Source of the DNA: an uncultured beta proteobacterium | GTDB taxonomy: Bacteria > Pseudomonadota > Gammaproteobacteria > Burkholderiales > Casimicrobiaceae | Reading direction: 5' to 3' | Assembly: GCA_963832705.1 (NCBI GenBank) | Contig: CAWHVP010000002.1 | Coordinates: 55,054 to 119,053 of the forward strand | Length of the DNA: 64,000 nt | Part shown: positions 1-10,424 of the stretch, in pieces | How the letters are laid out: the number at the start of each line of letters is the position of its first letter | Numbering within the stretch: position 1 is the stretch's first letter | Translations under genes and position numbers: made by a program | Notes under the pieces: generated by a model | Seen by the model: the letters and a program-made list of their open reading frames with translations, nothing else | What the model was told of the DNA's origin: nothing | Databases searched by the model: none

Positions 1-868
1 GCGGCAGGTCGCGCGGGTTCGCGATCAGCAGGTTGTGCCCGCCCCACTTGACGAAGGTCAGCAGGTTCACCGTCAGCGCGAACACGTGGTAGAGCGGCAG
101 CGGCGTGGCGACGATCTCCCTGCCTTCGGCGAAATCGCCGCCCATCCACGCCGACACCTGCTGCAGGTTGGCGATCATGTTGCCGTGGGTCAGCATCGCG
201 CCCTTCGGCACGCCGGTCGTCCCGCCGGTGTACTGCAGGAACGCGACGTCCTTGGCGGCGAGCGGCACCGGCTCGTGCTCGTGCTCGCGGCCGCGGGCGA
301 GCGCCGTCCGGAACGGGATCGCGCCGTCGATGTGCCACTCGGGCACCATCTTCTTCGCGTACTTGACGACCAGGTTGGTGAGCAGCGCCTTCATCGGCGG
401 GAACAGGTCGCCGATCTCGCTGGTGACGACGGTGCGCAGCTTGGTCCTGCCGACCACCGCCTGCACGACGTGCGCGAAGTTCTCGAGCACGACGATCGCC
501 TTGGCGCCGGAGTCGTTGAGCTGGTGCTCGAGCTCGCGCGGCGTGTACAGCGGGTTGCAGTTGACGACCACGAGCCCGGCGCGGAAGGCGCCGAACAGCG
601 CGACCGGATACTGCAGCACGTTCGGCATCATGATCGCGATCCGGTCGCCCGGCTCGAGATGCGCTTCGTGCTGCAGGAACGCCGCGAAGTCGCGCGTCTT
701 GCGCTCGACGTCGGCGTAGGTCAGCGGCGTTCCCATGCTGCTGAACGCGGGCCGGTCGTGGAACCGCGCGCAGCTCTGCAGGAAGACGTCGGTCAGCGAG
801 GCGTACGCGCCCGTGTCGATGTCGTGCGGCACGCCGGGAGGGTAGTGCTCCAGCCAGATCCTCTTCAT
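1..868 (-). CDS. fadD: long-chain-fatty-acid--CoA ligase (AMP-binding enzyme), N-terminal part; gene continues beyond window start
   Basis: Absent from the ORF track because it runs off the edge. My reverse-strand translation from ATG (complement of 866-868) reads MKRIWLEHYPPGVPHDIDTGAYASL...FLQYTGGTTGVPKGAMLTHGN, with the AMP-binding motif at about 185-240. The + ORFs 35..892 and 105..719 are its antisense shadows. Confidence 0.8.
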   Translation of the reverse strand, partial: MKRIWLEHYPPGVPHDIDTGAYASLTDVFLQSCARFHDRPAFSSMGTPLTYADVERKTRDFAAFLQHEAHLEPGDRIAIMMPNVLQYPVALFGAFRAGLVVVNCNPLYTPRELEHQLNDSGAKAIVVLENFAHVVQAVVGRTKLRTVVTSEIGDLFPPMKALLTNLVVKYAKKMVPEWHIDGAIPFRTALARGREHEHEPVPLAAKDVAFLQYTGGTTGVPKGAMLTHGNMIANLQQVSAWMGGDFAEGREIVATPLPLYHVFALTVNLLTFVKWGGHNLLIANPRDLP

Positions 869-1001
869 ACCGGTTCCTCGGTCAGCGAGTGACCGCGACC
901 ACGGTGGATCCGACAGGGCCGGGAGGAGCGCTCGACGATCCGCCGTTCGCGCAGCCTGATTCCATTCGACCACGGAATTTCCGCGGCGTTTTAGACCGGC
1001 G

Positions 1002-2628
1002 TCAAGCTTCGCTCGAAAAAGTCGGCGGCAGGTCGGCGTCGGACGCGCCGATGCCGATCAGCCGGGACACGCGGATCGGCACGTCGGCGCGCTGCAGCGC
1101 CTGGACGCTGTCGATCGCGTGGCGGTCGGCCTGCGTCTGCCGGGTCCGCAGGCGCGAGTACTCGGCCCACGACTCGATGATGAAGCGCTCGACGAAGCGG
1201 CCCTCCTCGCCGAGGTCGCGGAACACCCGCCAGTCCGCCGCGCCGTTGCGCCGCCGGACGTTCTCGAGCGAGTGGATCCCGCGCAGGAACGCGGCGCGGT
1301 TGGCGGCCTCGATCCGGTACGAGATCTGGATCAGCACCGGGCCGTCGTCGGGCGAGGGCTCGGCCTTGAGCGTGAGCTCGGGCAGCTGCGGGCCCGGCGT
1401 CACGTCCATCTCCTCGCCGAGCCGCACGCGGACGCGGCGGTTCAGCACCAGCAGCACGATCATCGCCGCCGCCGCGGCGCCGAGCGCCACGTGCGTGCCG
1501 GCCAGCGTCGCGAGCCAGCCCCACACCGCGCTGCCGAGCGCGAGGCTCGCCTGCACGGCGACGAGGTTCATCGCCACGGCCCGCGCGCGGACCCACGCCG
1601 GCGCCGCGCTCTGCGTGCCGGCGGACAGGCTCGCGAACACGCTGACCCAGGCGGCGCCGGCGCAGAACGTGGCGATCACGGCCAGCGCCGCGACCTCGGT
1701 CAGCGCGAGCAGCAGGATCGCCGCCGCCCCCAGCACCGTCGCGGTGCCGACGACGGTGTTGAGCGAGCGCCGACCCATCTGCCGCGGCAGCGACAGCGCG
1801 CCGGTGATCGCGCCGATGCCGAAGCTCGCCGACAGCAGGCCGTAGCCGCCGGCCCCGAGCCCGAGCTGGTCGCGGGCGATGACCGGCAGGAGCGCCCACA
1901 GCGAGCTCGCGCACAGCGCGAAGCTCACGTTGCGGACGATGATCGCGCGCAGCGGCGGCGCGTGCCGCGTGTAGCGCAGGCCCGACAGCATGCCGGAGAC
2001 CAGCGTCTCGGGCACGCCCCGGATCACCCGCGACACGCCGCGCCAGCGCCGGACCGACGCGATCATCGCGACGAAGAACAGCGAGCGAGAGCAGCAGCGC
2101 GCTGCCCGAGCTCGCCCACGCCGCGATCGCGCCGGCGAGCGCCGGGCCGATCGCCCGCGCGACGTTGAAGGCGACGGCGTTCTGCGCGACCGCGCGCGAG
2201 AGCTCGTCGCGGACGACGAGGTCGTTGATGCTCGCCTGCTGCGCGGGCATGTAGAACGTGAAGCCGCTGCCGATGACGAAGGTCAGCAGCAGCAGCGTCA
2301 CCGGCCCCATCGCCCCGGCGAGCGTGACGACGCCGATCAGCGCGGTCGTCACGAGCAGCACGATCTGCGTGACGAGGATCACGCGGCGCCGGTCGACGAT
2401 GTCGGCGAGCGCGCCGGCGGGCAGGCCGAACAGCAGCGTGGGGACCGTGCTCGCCGTCTGCACCAGCGCGACCATCAGCGGCGACGGCGTCAGCGTGGCC
2501 ATCAGCCACGCCGAAACCGTCGCCTGCATCGTGTAGCCGAGCGCGACGCCGATCGACCCGAAATAGAACAGCCGGAACGGGGCGTGCCGCAGCGGGGAAC
2601 CCGCGAGCAGGCGGGCGAGGAATTGCAC
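1002..2628 (-). CDS. MFS transporter (MFS_3/EntS-like) with a soluble C-terminal tail of about 110 aa; one frameshift near 2085
   Basis: ORF 991..2628(-) gives the N-terminal TM helices (MQFLARLLAGSPLRHAPFRLFYFGSIGVALGY...). ORF 1002..2066(-) gives the C-terminal TM half plus the tail (VLIQISYRIEAANRAAFL...SWAEYSRLRTRQTQAD). The two frames join at ...GSALLLSLA/LFFVAMIASV. Confidence 0.7.
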
Positions 2629-2652
2629 GGGGCGACCCGGCCGGACCGGGGT

Positions 2653-3301
2653 CTAGGGCGGCGCGGTGGCCGCGACGGCGTGGCCGCCGCGGCGTTCCGC
2701 GATCCGCGCGCGGATGTGGCGCTCGAGCTCGGGGAACGGCACCGGCTTGGTGAACACGGCGATGTCGGCCGGCAGGCCCCCGTGGTCGGCGATCTCGCGC
2801 GGTCCGAGCGCGGTGACGACGATCACCTGCAGGTCGCGGAATTCCTCGAGTCGCCCGCACCGAGCGCAGCATCTGGAAGCCGTCCATGCCCGGCATCCGC
2901 AGGTCGGTGATGACGAGGTCGGGGCGCTTCTCGCCGATGCGCAGCAGGCCCTCGAACCCGTCGCCGGCGGTCAGCAGCTCGATCGGGAGGTCCCATCCGC
3001 CGATCGACATCGAGTAGAGCTTCAGCAGCGCGGGCTCGTCCTCGATGACGAGCACGCGGTAGGCGGCTTCCGCCGCACGCGCGCCCCTGCTCGCGACCGG
3101 CACCGCCGCGAGCGCGGCGGCCTTCTGCTTCAGCAGCGCTTCCACCGACGTGCGGACGACGCGGCGATGCCCGCCGGCGGTCTTCCACGCCGTCAGGACG
3201 CCGGCCTCGACCCAGAGCTGGACGGTGCGCAGCGCGACCCCCAGCATCTCGGCCGCCTCGCGGGTCGACATGAAATCGTCGGCTCGCCTATCGTCGGACA
3301 T
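2653..3301 (-). CDS. response regulator with N-terminal excisionase/MerR-type HTH and C-terminal receiver domain; frameshift near 2862
   Basis: ORF 2063..3301(-) starts MSDDRRADDFMSTREAAEMLGVALRTVQLWVEAGVLTAWKTAGGHRR (HTH). It continues YRVLVIEDEPALLKLY...PDLVITDLRMPGMDGFQML (REC). After a 1-nt shift my translation continues LEEFRDLQVIVVTALGPREIADHGGLPADIAVFTKPVPFPELERHI... to TAG (complement of 2653-2655). Confidence 0.7.
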
Positions 3302-3443
3302 GGGGAACGCCTGCGCTGAGTGTTGCGAAGATCGGGCACGTTGTCGTCGGGCCGTCGCCGAATGGAAGCCGTGGAAATGGACCGCCGCCGGCTGCCGCCG
3401 AAGCGGCCCCGTCGCCGTTTCCCGGCTGGTTGCTGCAATTGCC

Positions 3444-3449
3444 TATAAT
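3444..3449 (+). promoter_or_regulatory. putative -10 element (TATAAT) upstream of mmsA
   Basis: A perfect TATAAT stands out in GC-rich intergenic DNA, 65 nt before the mmsA ATG. It lies within the 10-mer CCTATAATCG, which recurs upstream of thiL. No convincing -35 element. Confidence 0.3.
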
Positions 3450-3513
3450 CGCATAAACGAGCCAAATCCTGCGCGCCCGAGCCGCCGGTCGCGCGCCAGC
3501 CCCGGAGAATGCG

Positions 3514-5022
<1,509 letters not shown>

Positions 5023-5023
<1 letters not shown>

Positions 5024-5041
5024 CGGCCCTTCGTCGGCCGC
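5023..5041. terminator. GC hairpin between convergent mmsA and pilX (possible bidirectional terminator)
   Basis: GCGGCC-cttcgtc-GGCCGC sits directly after the mmsA stop. There is no T-run, so this is weak. Confidence 0.3.
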
Positions 5042-5073
5042 GTCGTTCGTCGATCGCGTCGACCGTCGCTCGC

Positions 5074-5720
5074 TCAGTCGTCGATCGCCCGCCACGACAG
5101 GCGCGCGGGTGGATCGCCGTCGCGCAGCAGCGCCTGCACCCGGGCGGCCGCGCCCTGCGGGCCGTCGACGCGGACGCTGATCCGGTAGAGCGGGACGCCG
5201 CCCGCGCCGAACGGGGCGGCCAGCGGGCCGCCGCCGGCGCCCTCCGGGGGCCGGACCAGCGTGCAGTTCGCAGCGACCGCCGGCCCGGGCCCCGTGCACA
5301 TGCGCTCGATCACGACCCGCGCCGTCATCCCGTCGCCGACTTCCTGCGCCGGCGGGAGGGCGGGTGCGGATGCGGGGGCCGGCGGCTGCGCGCTGCCGGA
5401 GAGCTGCAGCGCGCGGGGCATGCCGCGCGCGTCCTCGCCCGGCTGCCGCGACGCGTAGTAGCCGCGCTCCGGGACGTCGCGCTCGCGATCGCCGAGGGCG
5501 CCGGCGTCCGCGAGCAGCGACCGCGCCGTCTCGAGCGCGCGGTCGGCCGCCGGCACCGCCGCCGCGCGCAGCGCGAGATTGCCCGCGACCGCCACGGCGC
5601 TTTCGACGGCGCGCGCGAGGTGCGCGGCGGCGAGGCTCGTCGCGACCAGCACGATCAGCGCGATGACCAGCGCGAAGCCGCGGGTGCGGCCGCGCGCGGT
5701 GCCGCTCGAGCGCTCCGGGC
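5074..5720 (-). CDS. pilX: type IV pilus minor pilin/assembly protein PilX; start codon unresolved
   Basis: ORF 5074..5652(-) is listed. The same frame extends upstream as ...RGRTRGFALVIALIVLVATSLAAAHLARAVESAVAVAGNLALRAAA, a PilX_N-like hydrophobic N-terminus. No ATG or GTG lies upstream before the repeat at 5732-5790. Confidence 0.6.
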
Positions 5721-5731
5721 GCGGCGCGCAG

Positions 5732-5790
5732 CCCTCACCCCGACCCTCTCCCGCGCGCGGGAGAGGGTGCCGCGCAGCGGCGGGTGAGGG
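5732..5790. repeat. REP-A nested palindromic intergenic repeat, copy 1
   Basis: Sequence: CCCTCACCCcgaCCCTCTCCCgcgcgcGGGAGAGGGtgccgcgcagcggcGGGTGAGGG. It has an inner 9-bp stem and an outer 9-bp stem, and lies between the pilW stop (5803) and pilX. Other copies are at 11083, 44050 (inverted) and 50423 (half copy). Confidence 0.85.
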
Positions 5791-5802
5791 CGGCCCGTCG
5801 GG

Positions 5803-6840
5803 TCACATCGCTCCCATCGCGCTCGCGTTGCGCAGCGGGATCACCGTCTCGTACACGCGGTAGCGCCAGTGCGCGGGCAGCGTGCCCGCGAGCCGGCCGG
5901 GGCAGCGGAGGCCGTCCTCCGGCCCGCAGTCGAACAGCGTCCACTCGAACGGCGCGACGACGTCGCGGGCCCAGGCGTCGCTGCGCACGACGAGGCCGAT
6001 GCGCAGCGCCTTGATCCGCGCCAGCGTCGCGACCGGCGCGGCGAGCACCTCGGCCGGCGTCCACGGCGCGGTGTCGGCACCGGCCCAGCCGTCGAGGTAG
6101 CCGTCGCCGTCGGCGTCGATGCCGTACTGCGCCTTCAGCAGGACGACGGTCGACGCGACGGGATTCGGCGACGCGCCCGCCGCGGCGAGATCGAGGCTGC
6201 GCAGCGAGCCGTCCGCGACGTCCCAGCGCACGCGCCAGTAACCGCTCCCCGGCCCGAGGGCGACCACCCGCGCGGCCGCGGGCCAGGCGTCCGCGGCGTC
6301 GGCCCGCGCGATCTCGACGATGCCGTCGCCGTCCGGCGCCGAGACCGCCGCCGCGGTCGTGGCGGTGCAGCGGCCATCGGGACCGGCGACGACGATCGCG
6401 TCGCCCGCCGCGAATCCGGTCGCGGCGCGCACGCGCAGGACGTCGCCGGCCGTCGCCGCGGCGGCGAGCGGCAGCGCCGACGCCACGGCCGGCGCGCGAC
6501 CGGCGAGGACCGTGATCGCGTCCGAGGCGGCGGCGCCGGCTCCCGGCGTGATCAGCACCGGGACCGGCCGCAGCGTCGTGCGCGCGTCGCCCGGGTCGGC
6601 GCAGCCGCCGAGCGCGGCGGCGGCCGCGGCGAGGCCGCTGCCGGCGTTGGCGACGTCGGCGCCCAGCACGGACAGCGCCAGCGCGCCGGACTGCTGCGCT
6701 TCGGCGATGCCGGCGAGGCTGCGGCGGCGGACCTCGATGGTCGCGAACACGTCGAGCACGACGAAGGCGACGACGAGCCCGACCACGAGGCCTGCGAGGA
6801 GCTCGACGAGGCTCGTGCCGCGCTGCGGACGGTGGGCCAT
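5803..6840 (-). CDS. pilW: type IV pilus assembly protein PilW (minor pilin)
   Basis: Intact 345-aa ORF. N-terminus MAHRPQRGTSLVELLAGLVVGLVVAFVVL is a prepilin-type methylation motif plus hydrophobic helix. Position in the pilV-pilW-pilX order supports the call. Confidence 0.75.
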   Translation of the reverse strand: MAHRPQRGTSLVELLAGLVVGLVVAFVVLDVFATIEVRRRSLAGIAEAQQSGALALSVLGADVANAGSGLAAAAAALGGCADPGDARTTLRPVPVLITPGAGAAASDAITVLAGRAPAVASALPLAAAATAGDVLRVRAATGFAAGDAIVVAGPDGRCTATTAAAVSAPDGDGIVEIARADAADAWPAAARVVALGPGSGYWRVRWDVADGSLRSLDLAAAGASPNPVASTVVLLKAQYGIDADGDGYLDGWAGADTAPWTPAEVLAAPVATLARIKALRIGLVVRSDAWARDVVAPFEWTLFDCGPEDGLRCPGRLAGTLPAHWRYRVYETVIPLRNASAMGAM

Positions 6841-6870
6841 GCGCCTCCGTGCTCTCGCCGTCGACCGGGG

Positions 6871-7314
6871 TCAGGCGCCGCCGACGACGGCCGTCGCCTG
6901 GACGCGGTGGGCGACGCGCTCGCCGGGGAGCTGCCAGCGCAGCGTGACGGTCACCGTCCGGCTCGCGGGCGTGGGGCCGGCCCGCACGGCGATGTCCGGC
7001 GCGTTGCCGGCGAATCCGGCACCGGGCAGCCGCTGCGCGGCGCGCTCGAACGCGGCATAGCCGCCGCCCGCGCTCCCGGCCCCGTACCGGCCGGCCAGCG
7101 CCGCCGGATTCTCGGCCCCCATCCGCGCCAGCAGCCCCTGCACCAGGTGCACGGCCTCGGTGCGGCAGCGCGCATTCTCGACGTGGCGGGCGATCGCGCC
7201 CGTCAACGCGACGTGGCCGAGGATGCCGAGCGAGAAGACGGCGATCGCGGCCAGCGCCTCGAGCAGCAGCGCTCCGCGCGCGGCGTGCCGATGAGCGGTG
7301 CGCATCAGCCGCAT
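6871..7314 (-). CDS. pilV: type IV pilus modification protein PilV (minor pilin)
   Basis: 147-aa ORF with ARGALLLEALAAIAVFSLGILG at the N-terminus. Size and position are typical of PilV. Confidence 0.7.
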   Translation of the reverse strand: MRLMRTAHRHAARGALLLEALAAIAVFSLGILGHVALTGAIARHVENARCRTEAVHLVQGLLARMGAENPAALAGRYGAGSAGGGYAAFERAAQRLPGAGFAGNAPDIAVRAGPTPASRTVTVTLRWQLPGERVAHRVQATAVVGGA

Positions 7315-7751
7315 GTGCCGTCGCGCCGGACGACCCAGCAGCGATCGCTGCCGACCCAGCCGTCGGGGACAGCCGGCGTCGCGCGGGCGTTCGCGTGGTC
7401 GATCGTGTAGGCGAAGCCCTGCATGCCGCGGCCGGCGACGCCGGTCGCGGTGACCATGTAGGTCGCCGCCGCCGCCGTGCAGGCGAGCGCGAATGCGTCG
7501 GCCGCCGCCGGCGCCGCCGCGGGCCAGCCGCAGCCGCCGCTGCCGTCGTCGTAGCGGCGGTTGTCGAGGAAGAACTGCTCCATGCGCACGCGGTGGTCGG
7601 CGAGCCGCGCCGTCGCCTCGGCGATGCGCGCGCGGCGGACGTGGTCGGCGTAGGACGGCACGGCGAGCGCGGCCAGCACGGCGGTGATCGCCAGCACGAC
7701 CAGCAGCTCGATCAGCGTGAAGGCGCGCCCGTCAGCCGGTGCAGGGATCAC
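7305..7751 (-). CDS. PilE-like type IV minor pilin
   Basis: 148-aa ORF. It reads MIPAPADGRAFTLIELLVVLAITAVLAALAVPSYADHVRRARIAEA...EQFFLDNRRY, with a C-terminal Cys pair. It overlaps the fimT end and the pilV start by a few codons, which suggests operon coupling. Confidence 0.7.
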   Translation of the reverse strand: MIPAPADGRAFTLIELLVVLAITAVLAALAVPSYADHVRRARIAEATARLADHRVRMEQFFLDNRRYDDGSGGCGWPAAAPAAADAFALACTAAAATYMVTATGVAGRGMQGFAYTIDHANARATPAVPDGWVGSDRCWVVRRDGTCG

Positions 7752-8307
7752 GGGTCCTCTCCACGCGGATGCGTCCGCTGTTGGCGAGCACGACCTTGTG
7801 CGCCGGCAGCCCGCGCCGGCAGACGGTCAGCGTCCCCATCTGCAGCCCGCCGTTGACGAGCCGCGCCTGGCCGAGCGCATTGAACGACACGTAGCTGTCG
7901 ACGGGCCGGTTGGCGCGGACGTAGATCCCGGCCGGGGCCGCGGGCTCGGCGCGCAGCACCGGCTCGCCGTCGCCGTTCGCCGCGTCGGCGTCGGCGTCGA
8001 CGTGCACGAGCCAGCCGGCCTCCCATCCCCCCGCGCCGGCGCAGCGCCGCCCGTCGGCCGCGCGGCAGAGGTTCACGCGCTGCCCGCGCTTCATCGCCTC
8101 GGTCCGCGCCAGCGTCATGCTGGTCGCGAGCCGGTGGGCGTGGTTGGCGAGCTCGGCGCCGGCCACCCAGTCGCCCCAGGCCGGCACGGCGGTGGCCAGC
8201 AGCAAGCCGCCGACCGCGACGACGACGAGGAGCTCGACCAGCGTCCAGCCGGCGCTCCGCGGCTGCGGCGAGGTGGCATGCCGTGTTGCCAGAGGACCGT
8301 TGCGCAT
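7732..8307 (-). CDS. fimT: FimT/FimU (GspH-family) type IV minor pilin; alternative start at 8343
   Basis: ORF 7732..8343(-). It reads MRNGPLATRHATSPQPRSAGWTLVELLVVVAVGGLLLATAVPAWGDWVAG...LARTEAMKRGQRVNLC, matching the GspH/FimT pattern. Confidence 0.7.
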   Translation of the reverse strand: MRNGPLATRHATSPQPRSAGWTLVELLVVVAVGGLLLATAVPAWGDWVAGAELANHAHRLATSMTLARTEAMKRGQRVNLCRAADGRRCAGAGGWEAGWLVHVDADADAANGDGEPVLRAEPAAPAGIYVRANRPVDSYVSFNALGQARLVNGGLQMGTLTVCRRGLPAHKVVLANSGRIRVERTRDPCTG

Positions 8308-8468
8308 GCGCTGCACCCCCCGGTGAATCCGAACTCCCGGCACTTGCCGGACCTGCGATCGATCGTAGGCAGCGGCGCCGGCGGGCTCAATCGACCGGAC
8401 GTGCTAGGCCGAGCGGCGGATGCGCGGCGGTGGCGCGGCGCAGCCCGGCCGCGGGCGTCGCTGTCGGC

Positions 8469-8497
8469 TTGGACGGCCGCGGCCGGTGGCCTAAGAT
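8469..8497 (+). promoter_or_regulatory. putative sigma70 promoter TTGGAC-N17-TAAGAT for the thioesterase gene
   Basis: The -35 is at 8469-8474 and the -10 at 8492-8497. The spacer is 17 nt, and the -10 ends 35 nt before the ATG at 8533. Confidence 0.35.
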
Positions 8498-8532
8498 GGC
8501 GGGCACCCGACCTCGTCGAATCGAGCCGACCG

Positions 8533-8958
8533 ATGAGCACCTTCCTGACGACCCGCGTGGTCCGCTTCTCGCATTGCGACCCGGCCGGCATCGTCTTCTA
8601 TCCGCGGTACTTCGAGCTGCTGCACGAAGCGAAGGAGGACTGGTTCCACCAGGCGCTCGGCTGGCCGTTCTCGCACATGGTCGGCGAGCTCGAGCAGGGG
8701 TTCCCGATCGTGCGGCTGGAGGCGGATTTCCGCGGCGCATCGCGGATGGGCGAGGAACTGACGATCGCGCTGTCGGTGCCGCAGGTCGGCAACGCGTCGC
8801 TGCACCTGCACTACGCGGTCACCTGCCGCGGCGAGCCGCGGCTCGATGCGCGCACGATCGTCGTCCACATCGGCCTCAATACCGGTCGGCCGGAGCCGAT
8901 CGGCGACGACCTCCGCGGGCGGATCGAGCGCTTCCGCGCCGGGCCGGCGCCGCGCTGA
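8533..8958 (+). CDS. acyl-CoA thioesterase, 4HBT/YbgC-like hotdog fold
   Basis: [38 protein letters not shown]...[21 protein letters not shown] is a typical 4HBT signature. It forms the 3' part of ORF 7684..8958. Confidence 0.75.
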   Translation: MSTFLTTRVVRFSHCDPAGIVFYPRYFELLHEAKEDWFHQALGWPFSHMVGELEQGFPIVRLEADFRGASRMGEELTIALSVPQVGNASLHLHYAVTCRGEPRLDARTIVVHIGLNTGRPEPIGDDLRGRIERFRAGPAPR

Positions 8959-8996
8959 GGTCCGCGGGCACTCGTCGCGGCCGCCGCGCTGCTGTC

Positions 8997-9024
8997 GCGT
9001 GCCGACTGGCGCGTGCCGACTGGC
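8997..9024. repeat. perfect 14-bp tandem duplication (GCGTGCCGACTGGC x2) upstream of gcdH
   Basis: Read directly: 8997-9010 equals 9011-9024. A GATAAT hexamer follows at 9044-9049. Confidence 0.9.
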
Positions 9025-9145
9025 GCCGGCACCGACCCCGCGCGATAATTCCCGCTTCGCCGCCGCGCCCGCGCCCGCCAGACGCGGGAGATTGCCGCGC
9101 CGCATCCGTTCCCGCCGCGCGCCGCCAATGCCCTGGAGCCCCACG

Positions 9146-10349
9146 ATGAACGCCCCGGAAGCCCCGCAGAAGACCAAAGCCAGATTCGTCTGGGAAGACC
9201 CGCTGCTGCTCGACGAGCAGCTGACCGAGGAGGAGCGGATGGTGCGCGACGCCGCGCACGCCTTCGCGCAGGAGAAGCTGCTGCCGCGCGTGACCGAGGC
9301 CTTCCGCAACGAGACGCCCGATCCCGGCATCTTCCGCGAGATGGGCGAGCTGGGGCTGCTCGGGCCCAACATCCCGTCCGAGTACGGCGGCGCCGGCCTC
9401 AACTACGTCTGCTACGGGCTGATCGCGCGCGAGGTCGAGCGCGTCGACTCGGGCTACCGCTCGATGATGAGCGTGCAGAGCTCGCTGGTGATGTTCCCGA
9501 TCTACACGCTACGGCACCGAGGCGCAGCGGAAGAAGTACCTGCCGAAGCTCGCGACCGGCGAATGGATCGGCTGCTTCGGCCTGACCGAGCCCAACCACG
9601 GCTCGGACCCCGGCAGCATGATCACGCGCGCGCACGCGGCGCCCGGCGGCTACCGCCTCGTCGGCAGCAAGATGTGGATCTCCAATTCGCCGATCGCCGA
9701 CGTGTTCGTCGTCTGGGCGAAGACCGACGACGGCATCATCCGCGGCTTCATCCTGGAGAAGGGGATGAAGGGCCTCTCCGCGCCGAAGATCGAGGGCAAG
9801 TTCAGCCTGCGCACGTCGATCACCGGCGAGATCGTGATGGACGACGTGTTCGTGCCGGAGGAGCAGCGGCTGCCGAACGTCGAGGGGCTGAAGGGCCCGT
9901 TCGGCTGCCTGAATTCGGCGCGCTACGGCATCGCCTGGGGCGCGCTGGGCGCGGCCGAGTCCTGCTGGCACGCGGCGCGGCAGTACACGCTCGACCGCCA
10001 GCAGTTCGGCCGGCCGCTCGCCGCCAACCAGCTGATCCAGAAGAAGCTCGCCGACATGCAGACCGAGATCGCGCTGGGGCTGCAGGGCTGCCTGCGGCTC
10101 GGGCGGCTGAAGGACGAGGGGAAGGCGGCGCCGGAGATCACGTCGATCATGAAGCGCAATTCCTGCGGCAAGGCGCTGGAGATCGCGCGGATGGCGCGCG
10201 ACATGCACGGCGGCAACGGCATCGTCGACGAGTTCCACGTGATCCGCCACCTGCTGAACCTCGAGACCGTCAACACCTACGAAGGCACGCACGACATCCA
10301 CGCGCTGATCCTCGGGCGCGCGCAGACCGGCATCGCGGCGTTCTTCTAG
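9146..10349 (+). CDS. gcdH: glutaryl-CoA dehydrogenase; frameshift near 9508
   Basis: The N-terminus [40 protein letters not shown]...SLVMFPIYT is in the frame of ORF 8846..11182. It continues as [37 protein letters not shown] into ORF 9618..10349 (...[25 protein letters not shown]). Confidence 0.9.
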
Positions 10350-10423
10350 GGGACAGGCCACGTTTTCCATCGCCGTCGTTCGCCATCGGCAGAGGTCCGC
10401 GTTGGAAAACGTGGTCTGTCCCC
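10349..10423. repeat. long inverted repeat (21-bp arms, 1 mismatch, 33-nt loop) filling the gcdH-maiA intergenic space
   Basis: GGGGACAGGCCACGTTTTCCA (10349-10369) pairs with TGGAAAACGTGGTCTGTCCCC (10403-10423). The left arm begins on the last base of the gcdH stop codon. The right arm ends 1 nt before the maiA GTG. Confidence 0.85.
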
Positions 10424-10424
10424 C

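Noticed and set aside
5735-6064. ORFs whose ends encode ...LTRRCAAPSPARGRGSG or ...[17 protein letters not shown]: 5735..6064 -, tail of 3514..5787 +, 43557..44105 +, 44053..44730 -.
   Set aside because: These peptide tails are simply translations of the REP-A repeat in both orientations, not conserved protein motifs.
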